A DNA stretch of 28,911 nt from a virus. Lineage: Duplodnaviria; Caudoviricetes. Under the pieces are notes generated by a model, which ran no database searches, was not told the DNA's origin, and saw only the letters and a list, made by a program, of their open reading frames with translations. The stretch spans positions 1 to 28,911 of IMG/VR virus record IMGVR_UViG_3300012232_000040, one strand, 5' to 3'. Shown piece by piece: positions 1-9,433 of this stretch; within the stretch, counting starts at the first letter, position 1; each line of letters opens with the position of its first letter. The position numbers and the translations under genes were made by a program.

Positions 1-1
1 C

Positions 2-1384
2 GCGGGCAATCGTGCGCCCCACCGGCCCGCTCCCCGGCTGAACCGCGCCAATCGCCAATAAACTGGAATAGGTCTGGTTCTCGAAGATCCCAGGAAATCC
101 ATGATTGAGCGCATTCGACCCGACTACCGGGGTCATATCCGTGGAACTCGTCACGGGGCTGCTCGATTCCGTCTGGCCAAAAATCGCCGGACTATCGCCC
201 ATCCCATTCTCATTACCAGAGGTGCAGGAGTAGAAATCATTGCAGGACCGCACGATATTTGCGGAGTTCGTGCCAGAGGCATTATTCAGGCCATACCCCC
301 CACATGAGGTAAACAGGCACCCAACCACGCTACACCCGACAGGTGGCGTTCCAGTCCAGACGGCACCGTCAGCCGTGACATTATAGGCGGTGCAGTTCAC
401 CATCGTCCGTGTGGCTGTGGAATGTTTGAACCCTGAACCAGTCACCCCAGTCGCCACACACTCGATATAGACATGCCCTCCCGAGGTGCCCTGGAATCCC
501 GCGAACCCCCCGCCCTGTGCAATACATCCAATAAACGTCGAGGATGATCCGCCACCGCTCACCACGCCCTCGGCTGTCGCCGTGGTGGGCGATTTGAAAA
601 ACGAGTAGGCCGCCACAATCCCGTTTGACGAGATCCCTAAGGCAATCGATCCAGAGTTCGCCCCGGTGTTTTCGCTTCTCACACGTAAGAGTTTTTGTCC
701 ACCACTGACAGTCCATGTCGCAGCATTGATCGACGCCACGACACTAAGACCACTCCACACCTGTTGTACTCCAGAGGTGATAAGCGAAAACCCCGTGTTA
801 AATGTCCAGACAGGTTTCGCCAGCGCATTCGTCGTATCCGTATCTAAGTCTCCCGGTGTTGTGTTATACCCAGAGAACCAGATCGGCGCCGTCGTGGTGC
901 CGGCCATTGACACCGTGCGACTGGCCACAATCGTCAGGTTGCCCTTCATGTTGATTTTCGTACTCGTCGGCGCGGTGTAGGTGCCCAGGCCGGTCGCACC
1001 CAACACCAGTTCTGACGCCCATGCTCCGCTCACCTTACACGTCGTCGCTGCCGCGGTCTCACTCACCGCCGTCGCCAGTCCCCATTTCAGTGTCGTCACA
1101 TCCACGGTGATAGTCGTCGTGTCACGCGCCGTGATCTGCGCTACGAATGTCGCGGCCACCGCGCCAGATGTGGTGTACACCGACGCATAGGTGCCGACCG
1201 TCACACCATCGCTCGACGGGTTGCCTGATGCCACCGTGAATACCCCCGTGGCACGTACGAACGTGCCTCCAGCATAGGTAAACGCGGCGGCACTCGACCC
1301 ACCCCCAGAATACTGGGAGGTGCTTCCCGCATTCAGGTCACTGGCCCCAGTGCCCTGATCGATATAGAAGTGCGTCAGTGCCAT
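2..1384 (-). CDS. Putative tailspike / right-handed beta-helix virion protein, partial (runs off the window)
   Basis: Manually translated open frame from ATG 1384 (MALTHFYIDQGTGASDLNAGS...) to the window edge; absent from the ORF track because no stop lies in the window. Thr/Gly/Ser-rich, with Cys/Asn ladder-like segments (NCTAYN, GCSVVGCLFTSCGGYG) and a late IGAVQP motif typical of pectin-lyase-like folds. Confidence 0.7.
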   Translation of the reverse strand, partial: MALTHFYIDQGTGASDLNAGSTSQYSGGGSSAAAFTYAGGTFVRATGVFTVASGNPSSDGVTVGTYASVYTTSGAVAATFVAQITARDTTTITVDVTTLKWGLATAVSETAAATTCKVSGAWASELVLGATGLGTYTAPTSTKINMKGNLTIVASRTVSMAGTTTAPIWFSGYNTTPGDLDTDTTNALAKPVWTFNTGFSLITSGVQQVWSGLSVVASINAATWTVSGGQKLLRVRSENTGANSGSIALGISSNGIVAAYSFFKSPTTATAEGVVSGGGSSSTFIGCIAQGGGFAGFQGTSGGHVYIECVATGVTGSGFKHSTATRTMVNCTAYNVTADGAVWTGTPPVGCSVVGCLFTSCGGYGLNNASGTNSANIVRSCNDFYSCTSGNENGMGDSPAIFGQTESSSPVTSSTDMTPVVGSNALNHGFPGIFENQTYSSLLAIGAVQPGSGPVGRTIAR

Positions 1385-1387
1385 CAG

Positions 1388-1693
1388 TTACACATTGAGG
1401 CTATTGACGGCCGCCGAGCGCACCACGGGCCACTGAGGATCGCCCTCTATGAAGGCGATCAAGTTGGCGATAAATGTGTTGTAGGCCAACACGTCATTTC
1501 CCTCTAGGAGTTGCGGCGGCCCGTCCTCTCGGTTGTCACTCCACGGCGCCCCATTCACGAGGCGGTCGTACACATCCGCAATCGCGCCCTGATCGTCCGT
1601 CACCGCGTTGAGCACGCGAATCAACTGCTCGGCGCGTGGCCGAACCCGCTCATTAGCAAACCGTTGAACTTGTGCATCTGTGGCTTGTGGCAT
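1388..1693 (-). CDS. Hypothetical virion-module protein (101 aa)
   Basis: Start reassigned to MPQATDAQ at 1693, which has AAAGGAG upstream and avoids overlap with the gp10-like gene. Confidence 0.75.
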   Translation of the reverse strand: MPQATDAQVQRFANERVRPRAEQLIRVLNAVTDDQGAIADVYDRLVNGAPWSDNREDGPPQLLEGNDVLAYNTFIANLIAFIEGDPQWPVVRSAAVNSLNV

Positions 1694-1703
1694 CGAAGCT
1701 CCT

Positions 1704-3824
1704 TTACGTGCCGTTCCCTCTGACGGGCGTCCCGATAAAATCCACCAGTCGCCACGGAATCCCGTCCGCGACCGTGACTTCAAAGGCACACGTCCGCGCC
1801 CGTCCCTGCTGTCGCCATATAGCCCGAGTCGCCCACCGACCCTGACTCCCGGCGCCTCGCCATTGCTCTGGCCCCCAGGTGCGGCAGTTATCCTTCGACG
1901 ACCGCAGCATGATCTGCGCCTCGCGGACGGTCAGTTGCGTGGCCTCGTAGTGCTCGAGGGCTTCTTCAGCTGACAGCGCCCGACCGGCGTAATACACGAA
2001 CTCGTCCAGCGTGCCGCCGTAACTGCTGAATCCCGGCAACTGCAGATTCTGCCCGAGCGCGTCAATCGTCATCGACGGGATGCCCGAAATCGTGCCTTGA
2101 TTCTCGCCGTTGAGATACAGCGTCCCGACGCCGGCCGCCACCGAGACCACCACATGATAGGTGTTCAGGTTGACCACCGGGACCGACCAGTAGGAATACG
2201 GTGCCCCTGGCGTCACGTCCCACCCTAGCCGGCTGGTCAGCATGTTGTAGATCAGGCCAAATCCGACGACATTGCCCACCACGCCGCCAATGTCTGACTG
2301 GACCTGTTGGGAATGATCCGGCTTGAGCGAGATTTCAATCGTGAACGTCGTCCCCGTCGCGGCGATGCCCGTCACAATCTGATGATCGGCACTGTCGTCA
2401 TTGATATAGGCGAGGTTCGCATCGTGCACGAGCCCAGGTTTCCCTAATTCCGCCGCATCCGTACTAATCGACGCCACCGATCCAACCACGCTGTCATAGA
2501 ACCGAGGTCCAGACGTTTCCCCGAGCCGGAAGTAGTTCGACGGTGACGACTGCATGATCGTGTCGGCATACGCGCTGCCCTGGATGACGTTCGCCACCCC
2601 GACATCGAGCACCAACTGCACACTCGGATACGTCATCCACTTCTGTTCGTCCGTCAGCGTCACGGCTCGACGCACGCGCCGAATTGCCACGCCACCCGAG
2701 TCGGTGGTGAGGCTCACATCTTGCCGCATCACATCGCCAGTCACCCGGTCCCCGACGAGCGTGTAACCGAAGGCGACGGAATGGACGGACGGACGCGCTA
2801 CATCGAAGCGTGCGAGGGCTTGATTCCAATACCCTCGCTGCGCCCAGAGGTTCGTCGTCAGGTCGTAGGCCCACGTCTGATTCGCGGAAGGCAGGTTCAG
2901 GACGTAGAACTCATGCCCTTGGTCTTGATAGGCGAAGGCGTCGGCGTCCGACTGGTCCGAGAACTGCTGAATGGCATAATCGACCGCATTGGTCGAGACC
3001 CTGACCGGCTGGTAGCCACTGGATCGGCAGACGGTGAGCATCCCCTGGTCATTCTGGGCCAGCCAGGTCAGCGAACTCCCGAGCCGCGCCACCGAGAAGG
3101 ACGCCGCGCAGCCCTGCTCCATAAACGCACCGGGAATCGGGGCAAACGGGAACGATACCGTGCCGCCCACGTTCTGCCAAATTTCTGACGTTTGCTCTCC
3201 AAGGAGCCAGAGTTCGCCGTGGACCGTCGCCATCGACACCCACGGATCGGAGGCTAGACTGCGCTGCGCTCGGCTCCCTTGCCCGGGCCAGACCGTCCCA
3301 TCCTCGAGGTCGGACAACTCAAAGGCCGACGTGCTGAAATCGAGTTTGATGAAATAGCCCTGAAGAAAGACGCCCATATCGGCGGCATCCGTGACGAGCG
3401 TGAGCGTGTTGGCCAAGAGGTCGAAAATATAGCCGTTCCCGCCACTCGTGATGAACATCTGGCCGCCAGCGTCCCCATTACTGCACAGGGTCGCCGGGTA
3501 CTGATTCGTCGACATGGTGCCGAGGGCGACGGCGGTCCCAATCGGCGTAGCCGCATCCGGCCAGTCGTCTGTGGGGCTGAGTGTCAATTCGTAGAGGGTG
3601 TCGCCGCCCACGAAAAAGGAGCGGCCGGCCATCGAGAACTCACCCCGCACGGGATACGTCGGGAGCGTACAGAACGTGGAGACCCCAGGCGTCGGCAAGA
3701 GAATGGCCTTCGACGGGATGCTCGATCCGGTCAGAATCTCGGGATACCAGTTGATGCACAACTCGGCGTCGGCCGTGGCACTCTGGTTCTGATAGGTCGG
3801 GCCAATGAACGGCAGTTGCGCCAT
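1704..3824 (-). CDS. P22 gp10-like packaged-DNA stabilisation (tail hub) protein with an inserted LamG/concanavalin A-like domain
   Basis: N-terminal LPFIGPTYQ...CINWYPE...LLPTPG; central AFAYQDQGHEFYVLNLPSANQTWAYDLTTNLW; C-terminal IMLRSSKDNCRTW...RAIWRQQG. Located downstream of the gp4-like gene. Confidence 0.85.
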   Translation of the reverse strand: MAQLPFIGPTYQNQSATADAELCINWYPEILTGSSIPSKAILLPTPGVSTFCTLPTYPVRGEFSMAGRSFFVGGDTLYELTLSPTDDWPDAATPIGTAVALGTMSTNQYPATLCSNGDAGGQMFITSGGNGYIFDLLANTLTLVTDAADMGVFLQGYFIKLDFSTSAFELSDLEDGTVWPGQGSRAQRSLASDPWVSMATVHGELWLLGEQTSEIWQNVGGTVSFPFAPIPGAFMEQGCAASFSVARLGSSLTWLAQNDQGMLTVCRSSGYQPVRVSTNAVDYAIQQFSDQSDADAFAYQDQGHEFYVLNLPSANQTWAYDLTTNLWAQRGYWNQALARFDVARPSVHSVAFGYTLVGDRVTGDVMRQDVSLTTDSGGVAIRRVRRAVTLTDEQKWMTYPSVQLVLDVGVANVIQGSAYADTIMQSSPSNYFRLGETSGPRFYDSVVGSVASISTDAAELGKPGLVHDANLAYINDDSADHQIVTGIAATGTTFTIEISLKPDHSQQVQSDIGGVVGNVVGFGLIYNMLTSRLGWDVTPGAPYSYWSVPVVNLNTYHVVVSVAAGVGTLYLNGENQGTISGIPSMTIDALGQNLQLPGFSSYGGTLDEFVYYAGRALSAEEALEHYEATQLTVREAQIMLRSSKDNCRTWGPEQWRGAGSQGRWATRAIWRQQGRARTCAFEVTVADGIPWRLVDFIGTPVRGNGT

Positions 3825-4546
3825 CAGCGCACCGTGTCACTGAAGATGTCGTAGAGTCCCGGCGTAAACGCCTGATTCCACCGGTTTGGCATGGTGGACA
3901 TGCGGAGATTCGCCCGTTTCAGCCGCCCGAGATACAGATCCGCCCGCCGTTCGATGCCTTCCGGCAGATTCATGCCCCATTCCGGAGCCAGCAGCACCGA
4001 GAGGTTGTATTTCAGGGCATTGGCGTACCCAGGGGGAAACGCCGTCGTGGTGGTCAGGTCGGTAAACTGCGCGAGAGGCGCCTCGGTGTAGATGCCGACC
4101 GTCAGTGTGACGGACGGAATCGGCCAGTAATACAGCGTCCCGTCTGGCGAGGTCGGCTCGTAATACAGCCCGGTCGGATACAGATTCGTCAGCGACTTGA
4201 TGGGGAGCGCCGTGTATTCCTCCCACATCAGGACGGGAATGAACACGTCGAGGGCCGGCGAGGACGGTAGGATGTAAAACGCCGCCACAATCCGTTCAGG
4301 CCGAGGAATCGTCGTGAAGTTGCCCGTCGCGCCAATGGTGCGGGACGCCGTGGACGACGGCCAGGTGAACGTGGTGCGCGGCCAGGTGTACGAGGTCCAC
4401 GGCTGCGTGGCCCACTCGTCAATCATCTGGTTGAGAATGGCGAACGCATCATTCTCCATGTCGGCAGTCGGCACTTCCCCCTGCGCCAGTCCCCCAAAGA
4501 GCTTGGCCGCGCCTTTGATGAGGTCTCGCGCATTGGTCGTGTACAC
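3824..4546 (-). CDS. Head-tail adaptor, P22 gp4-like
   Basis: ARDLIKGA...GEVPTA...LNQMIDEW and FPPGYANALKYNLSVLLAPEWG motifs; stop overlaps the gp10-like start. Confidence 0.75.
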   Translation of the reverse strand: MYTTNARDLIKGAAKLFGGLAQGEVPTADMENDAFAILNQMIDEWATQPWTSYTWPRTTFTWPSSTASRTIGATGNFTTIPRPERIVAAFYILPSSPALDVFIPVLMWEEYTALPIKSLTNLYPTGLYYEPTSPDGTLYYWPIPSVTLTVGIYTEAPLAQFTDLTTTTAFPPGYANALKYNLSVLLAPEWGMNLPEGIERRADLYLGRLKRANLRMSTMPNRWNQAFTPGLYDIFSDTVR

Positions 4547-4555
4547 CGGAGCCCC

Positions 4556-4852
4556 TTACTCGGGAACGTGATGAGGCGTCGCCGCCTCCCGCTTCGCCAT
4601 TTCCTTCTGCGCCTTCTTGCTCAACTTCTGGTCCGCATACGCCCGTTCCGCCGCGGCATTCGACACCGCGTCTTCGAGCGCCTCGCGCCGCGCCACCGCA
4701 TCGTCCACCGACAGCCCCCAATCGGACGACTGCGCCATGTGCTCCTGATAGGTCTGGACGATCTGCATCTCGGTCTCGATCTGGCCGCCCGACTTCTTGA
4801 CCGACCGGTAGATGCACTTCGGATACGGCTGGTAAACGTAGCCGCTAGACAC
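4556..4852 (-). CDS. Hypothetical phage protein
   Basis: 98 aa, translationally coupled within the structural operon; YQPYPKCIY N-terminus and charged helical C-terminus. Confidence 0.75.
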   Translation of the reverse strand: MSSGYVYQPYPKCIYRSVKKSGGQIETEMQIVQTYQEHMAQSSDWGLSVDDAVARREALEDAVSNAAAERAYADQKLSKKAQKEMAKREAATPHHVPE

Positions 4853-5108
4853 GGTACAACCCCACCAGCAGCGTGGCTGCCGTCGCCGCTTTGACGTATT
4901 CGGCTGTCACGGGGTAGATGACCCCCACGAGACACGCCGTCAACGTAGCTTCGGAGCCATCAAGATAGCCCAAGACAATCGTGCCGGCGCCACCGACGTA
5001 AATGGCCTGAATCGGCGTCCCGGTCGCTGGGTCGCCAATCCTGACCAGGGGGACCGTATCCGACTTGGTGATCGGAATAGCCCGGTTATAGGGCTGTTCG
5101 GTAATCAT
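4845..5108 (-). CDS. Head spike base protein, RcGTA Rcc01079-like
   Basis: AIPITKSDTV...AIYVGGAGTIV...DGS...GVIYPV...VKAATAATLLVGLY matches the family pattern and length as I recall it. Confidence 0.7.
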   Translation of the reverse strand: MITEQPYNRAIPITKSDTVPLVRIGDPATGTPIQAIYVGGAGTIVLGYLDGSEATLTACLVGVIYPVTAEYVKAATAATLLVGLYRV

Positions 5109-5620
5109 GCATCCACCATCTCTGGCGCCTCGATATGACGGTCGCCCTTCCGAATCTTCGCATCCGAGTGAATGTCGTACACCATCTCGGGGTCCGACTC
5201 CTCGACTTTGGGACTGGGCACGATCTTGAACCCGTCATCGGGCCGCAAGACGATGCCTTCGAAGACTTCCAAGTAGTCCTCGTCCAGTTCCGGGACCGCC
5301 GAGGTGTCCACGTAATGCGTCTGGAACGAGACTTCAGAGCTCGACAGCGCCCTGGACGCGGCGATCTTCGCCTTGAGGCCATCGGGCGTGTACTGGAGAT
5401 CGCCCTTGGCGTCACGGAGAATCACGCCGCGCTCATCGACGGCGGAGTGCGTGATGCCGATATCCTCGATCTGTTCCTCGTACCCCATGAACTTCTGACG
5501 CCCCTGCTTGACCAGCTTCTTCAGGGCGTAGGCGAACTTCTCGTGTCCGCTGGGGTTGGCATTCAGCCAGACCGACGCGGCATTCACGAACTCAGAGAGA
5601 CGGCGGTATGTGAGTGTCAT
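5105..5620 (-). CDS. Hypothetical protein, possible fibre-associated chaperone (weak DUF1617-like resemblance)
   Basis: Start reassigned to MTLTYRR at 5620, just downstream of the fibre stop; FAYALKK...YEEQIED...DERG pattern. Confidence 0.65.
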   Translation of the reverse strand: MTLTYRRLSEFVNAASVWLNANPSGHEKFAYALKKLVKQGRQKFMGYEEQIEDIGITHSAVDERGVILRDAKGDLQYTPDGLKAKIAASRALSSSEVSFQTHYVDTSAVPELDEDYLEVFEGIVLRPDDGFKIVPSPKVEESDPEMVYDIHSDAKIRKGDRHIEAPEMVDA

Positions 5621-5639
5621 GCGGTAGAGTTTACCATGC

Positions 5640-8600
5640 CTATTTGACTTGAATGATGTCGCCTTCGACATTGTACGTGGCCCCGGTGAAAGTGCCTGTT
5701 GTAGCGATCGTGATGGAGGTCGCTGCCTTACACCGAATCCGAATCGGCCGGCCCTGATAGGGGACCGCGCCGTTGGCAAACGCAATCGAGGTCGTAATCG
5801 CCGTCCCCGCCACGAGGGCAAACCCCAGCGTGGCCGTCCGCGCCGCGTTGCTCTCATCGGTATAGGCGCACGTCACCGTGAAGGCTTCTGCGCTCGAGGT
5901 CGTCACGAGCACGTTGGCCGAGACGATAAACGACCCATCGGACGCCCCGACCGTGTAGGCCGCGACCGTGGCGACCGCTGTGGTCTGCGCGGCCGACCGT
6001 CCCGTGCCGTAGATAACCGGAGCGCCCCAGCCGACCGTGGCGATCCCGTTGTACGACTGCAGCGCCCCGGTAATCGTGATACCCGCCGTGGCTGCCGACC
6101 AGACCGTCGTGCCCGCCACCTTGATGAAGACTGAGCCGTTGGCCGAGGCCGACCCACTGTGTCCCGTGCCGGCCGCGCCTGCATTGATGGTGACATCGCC
6201 ACCCACACCAGGCACGCGCGTCGTGCCGTTGGTCGTCGCGCCACCCGCGCCACCGGTAATCGTGATGGCACCACCCGCGCCACCGGTCTGAGAGGTTGCC
6301 GCCGCGGCCGAGGCCCCACCCACGCCACCCGTGAGGGCGACTGCACCACCCGCGCCCGCGATGGTCGTGCCTGTGCCGGTCGTGGCCCCGCCCGCGCCCG
6401 CCGTGCCCGTGAGCGCCCCACCGACCGCGCCAGTGCCGCCAGAGTTACTACTCGGCTGACCCTGTCCTGCGACAATCTGCACCCGGCCGCCTGCGCCACC
6501 CGCGCCCGCGCTCGTCTTACTGCCGGTGGAGCCGCTCCCCGTAATATCGAGGTTGCCGGCGGTTCCCGTTGCGCCCGTCGCGTTTCCGCACGTAATGGCC
6601 AAGTTGCCCGTGCTCGTCGCCGCGGTGCCCACCGCCACCGTCATGCTGCCCGACTGGCCCGATCCTGTCCCGGTGCCAGAGGAGATGCTCACGGCACCTG
6701 AGCCGCTCGAGACTAACGAGGACGTACCGGACGCAATCGTAATCGCGCCGGTGATCGCGCCTGACGTTAATCCCGCGTTGACCCCGGTCAGGATCGAAAT
6801 AGCGCCAGAATCTCCAGCGCCAATGCCGGTGCCGGTCAGGATCGAAAAATTCCCGCCATTGGCATTGCTCGACGTGAACCGCGCCGCGTTGCCCGTCGTC
6901 AGCGTCATGGCGCCGCCCGCCGCGGCGCTTGCCGTATCCGGTGAGGCCACCGCTGTGCCCGCGGTCAGCGTGACCGCACCACCCGCGACCGATGACTGCC
7001 CCGCGGTTGGTGTGGTCGTGACGCCTGGGGCGCCCGCCCATGTCGTAGAGACTGACCCAGCCGCCCCTGGGGCGGTGCTCCAGAGCGGCGAGAGCGCCGA
7101 TGTCACAAACGATGGCGAGGTCTGCATCGCCACCACCGTGCCCGTGCCACTCAGCGTGTATTCGCCCAGGACGCCCGCGTTGTCGTAGAGAATGCGCGTG
7201 GTCGTGCCGCTCGTAATCGTGGATGTGCCGACCGTGAGACCCGACCCACCCGAGGACGACAACACCTGATTGGTCATCGTTAGGCCCGAGCCCAACGTGA
7301 TTTCCTGATAGTCGCCGCCACCCGAAGCCGATCCGCGCCCGAGCAGAAGATTGGCTGTCGTGGCCTGAGCGAACAGCGTCAGCGGCAAATCGCCCGTGAG
7401 CGCTGTCGCCGCGTAGCCCGTGCAGGACGACAGCACGCCCGACGAAGGCGTCCCGAGGGCCGGTGTGGTAAACGACGGGGAGGTCGCCATCGCCACGACG
7501 GTGCCGGAGCCGCTGATCGTGTATTCCCCCAGGATCCCCGCGTTATCGTAGAGAATCCGCGTCGTGGTGCCGCTGGTGATGGTCGAACTGCCGACCGTAA
7601 TCGCCGCCGTGCCGCCAACCGCCGACAGCACCGTGCCCGTCATGGTCAGGTTGGCGCCGAGCGTGACTTCCTGAAACACGCCGGCCCCCGCCGCCGACCC
7701 ACGCCCGATGAGGATGGACGCCGCCGTCGCGTTTACCAGGTTCGCGTAGGGCAACACGCCCGATACGCCCGTCGCCAAGGCGACCTGAGCCCAGGCCGGG
7801 TTGTTTGTCGTGCCCGTATTGCTCAGATACCGCGTCGCGTTCGAATCCTTGTTCAGCACGGCCAGCGTGTTGGCCGCCGAGGCGTACAACATGTCGCCCT
7901 GCACCAGATTGCTGATATCGACACCGAGCGAGGACAAGAGGCGCCAGTTGGCGCCATCCGACTGGACCGTCGCCGCCCCGGCCGTCACAGAAATGGACGA
8001 CAGATCATCAATCGTTTGGGCCGACGTGGTATTGACCGTGCAAGCGTTGGTGGTCTGGAGGTTCTTGATGACGTACATCCGACCGCCGATACCCACCGCT
8101 GTCGGCAGCACAAATGTGGCCGCATTCGTCAGCAGTTCCACGGTGCCATCCGTGGCGTCTAGCGTGTAGCCGGCCGTCTTGGTGATGTAGGCCTGGTTGA
8201 GCCCCGCCGCCTTCACCACGCCTGTGACCGTGAGACTGGTCCCGGTCGCCACGCCAATGACCGGGGTGGTCAGAGTCGGTGATGTGGCCAGGACGGCCAC
8301 GGTGCCCGATCCGGTCGTGGTCATTTCCCCCACGACGTTCCCGGCCGTTTCGTAGAGAATCCGACCTGCCGTGCCCGAGGTAATCGTCGTCGTTCCGATG
8401 GTCAGGCCAGAGATGCCACCACTCGAGTTAATCGTGATTGTGCCGTTGCCGTTGGTGATCGTGACGTTCGTACCGGCGGTCAGCGTCGCCTTGGTGAGCG
8501 TATTGCCCGTCGTATTGCCAATAAGCAACTGTCCATCGGTATAGCTCGTCTGCCCTGTGCCGCCGTTGGTAATCGGCAGCGTGCCCGTCACGCCCGTGGT

Positions 8601-9326
8601 CATCGGGAGGCCCGTGCACAGGGTCAGGACGCCAGACGCGGGTGTGCCGAGTGCCGGGGCAATAAAGGTCGGGGCATTCTGAAGGACGTTCACGGTGCCG
8701 GTGCCCGTGTTCGTCATCTCGCCAATAAACCCCGCATTGTCAAACAGCACACGGCCATTGGTGCCGCCTGTGACCGTCGTCACGGAGACCGCGACCGTAG
8801 CTGATCCAGCCGCCGCATTCAACGTGCCGCCGACCAAGCTCAGATTGGTGCCGAGGACGACTTCGCCTAAGACCCCGGCGTTGTCATAGAGCAATTGTCC
8901 GTCTGTGCCCCCGGTAATGTCCGTCGAGCCGACCGCCAGTCCGCCATCGGCCGATGTCACCCACTGAGAACCTGAGACGGTCCAGACCACACCCGTGGCC
9001 GTATTGATCCACGGCGTGACCATCGGCGGGGAGGGGGGCACCCCCACCGGGTCGGTCTGGTAGAAATCGCCAATCAGGCCGAAATAGACCGTGGCCGCGG
9101 CGGCATGTGTGGTCGCGGCCGATCCACCTTCGCCGCGGCGCACCGTGACACTCGATCCGCCGATCGAGACCGCCGAGATGATGCAGAACTCTTGATCGAC
9201 GAAGAGCCCTAGGCCATTCGCCACCGTCGCGGCGGTAATGCCTGTGAGCGACGAAAGACTGAATTCCGTCTGATAATTGGAAGTAACGGCCCCAGAGAGG
9301 GCGGTCGTCGAAAGTGTACGCGCCAT
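5640..9326 (-). CDS. Long Gly/Thr/Ala-rich fibre protein, probably capsid-anchored
   Basis: About 1228 aa from ATG 9326. N-terminal domain resembles the upstream decoration protein; five GT..R(I/L/V)L(Y/F)DNAG..GE-type repeats; Gly-rich GG.(V/I)..TAG segment; globular C-terminal domain. Confidence 0.8.
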   Translation of the reverse strand: MARTLSTTALSGAVTSNYQTEFSLSSLTGITAATVANGLGLFVDQEFCIISAVSIGGSSVTVRRGEGGSAATTHAAAATVYFGLIGDFYQTDPVGVPPSPPMVTPWINTATGVVWTVSGSQWVTSADGGLAVGSTDITGGTDGQLLYDNAGVLGEVVLGTNLSLVGGTLNAAAGSATVAVSVTTVTGGTNGRVLFDNAGFIGEMTNTGTGTVNVLQNAPTFIAPALGTPASGVLTLCTGLPMTTGVTGTLPITNGGTGQTSYTDGQLLIGNTTGNTLTKATLTAGTNVTITNGNGTITINSSGGISGLTIGTTTITSGTAGRILYETAGNVVGEMTTTGSGTVAVLATSPTLTTPVIGVATGTSLTVTGVVKAAGLNQAYITKTAGYTLDATDGTVELLTNAATFVLPTAVGIGGRMYVIKNLQTTNACTVNTTSAQTIDDLSSISVTAGAATVQSDGANWRLLSSLGVDISNLVQGDMLYASAANTLAVLNKDSNATRYLSNTGTTNNPAWAQVALATGVSGVLPYANLVNATAASILIGRGSAAGAGVFQEVTLGANLTMTGTVLSAVGGTAAITVGSSTITSGTTTRILYDNAGILGEYTISGSGTVVAMATSPSFTTPALGTPSSGVLSSCTGYAATALTGDLPLTLFAQATTANLLLGRGSASGGGDYQEITLGSGLTMTNQVLSSSGGSGLTVGTSTITSGTTTRILYDNAGVLGEYTLSGTGTVVAMQTSPSFVTSALSPLWSTAPGAAGSVSTTWAGAPGVTTTPTAGQSSVAGGAVTLTAGTAVASPDTASAAAGGAMTLTTGNAARFTSSNANGGNFSILTGTGIGAGDSGAISILTGVNAGLTSGAITGAITIASGTSSLVSSGSGAVSISSGTGTGSGQSGSMTVAVGTAATSTGNLAITCGNATGATGTAGNLDITGSGSTGSKTSAGAGGAGGRVQIVAGQGQPSSNSGGTGAVGGALTGTAGAGGATTGTGTTIAGAGGAVALTGGVGGASAAAATSQTGGAGGAITITGGAGGATTNGTTRVPGVGGDVTINAGAAGTGHSGSASANGSVFIKVAGTTVWSAATAGITITGALQSYNGIATVGWGAPVIYGTGRSAAQTTAVATVAAYTVGASDGSFIVSANVLVTTSSAEAFTVTCAYTDESNAARTATLGFALVAGTAITTSIAFANGAVPYQGRPIRIRCKAATSITIATTGTFTGATYNVEGDIIQVK

Positions 9327-9345
9327 GAACAACCCACCCCTGAGT

Positions 9346-9381
9346 GCGCGGGGCTGGCCAGCAGAGTGCCAGCGCCCGCGC
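9346..9381. promoter_or_regulatory. GC-rich hairpin in the leader of the fibre gene
   Basis: GCGCGGG-GCTGGC pairs with GCCAGC-G-CCCGCGC around a 9-nt loop; no U-tract on the minus strand. Confidence 0.5.
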
Positions 9382-9406
9382 CTCTGGAAACTTCGATTAC
9401 CGAGCC

Positions 9407-9431
9407 TAAGTCCTTTATTTACAAGGACTTA
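9407..9431. repeat. Perfect 9-bp inverted repeat with 7-bp spacer
   Basis: TAAGTCCTT-TATTTAC-AAGGACTTA read directly. Confidence 0.85.
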
Positions 9432-9433
9432 CC

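Noticed and set aside
7105-7605. Near-duplicate fibre segments as a DGR template/variable repeat pair
   Set aside because: Differences are mostly synonymous and not adenine-specific, both copies are coding, and no reverse transcriptase is present.
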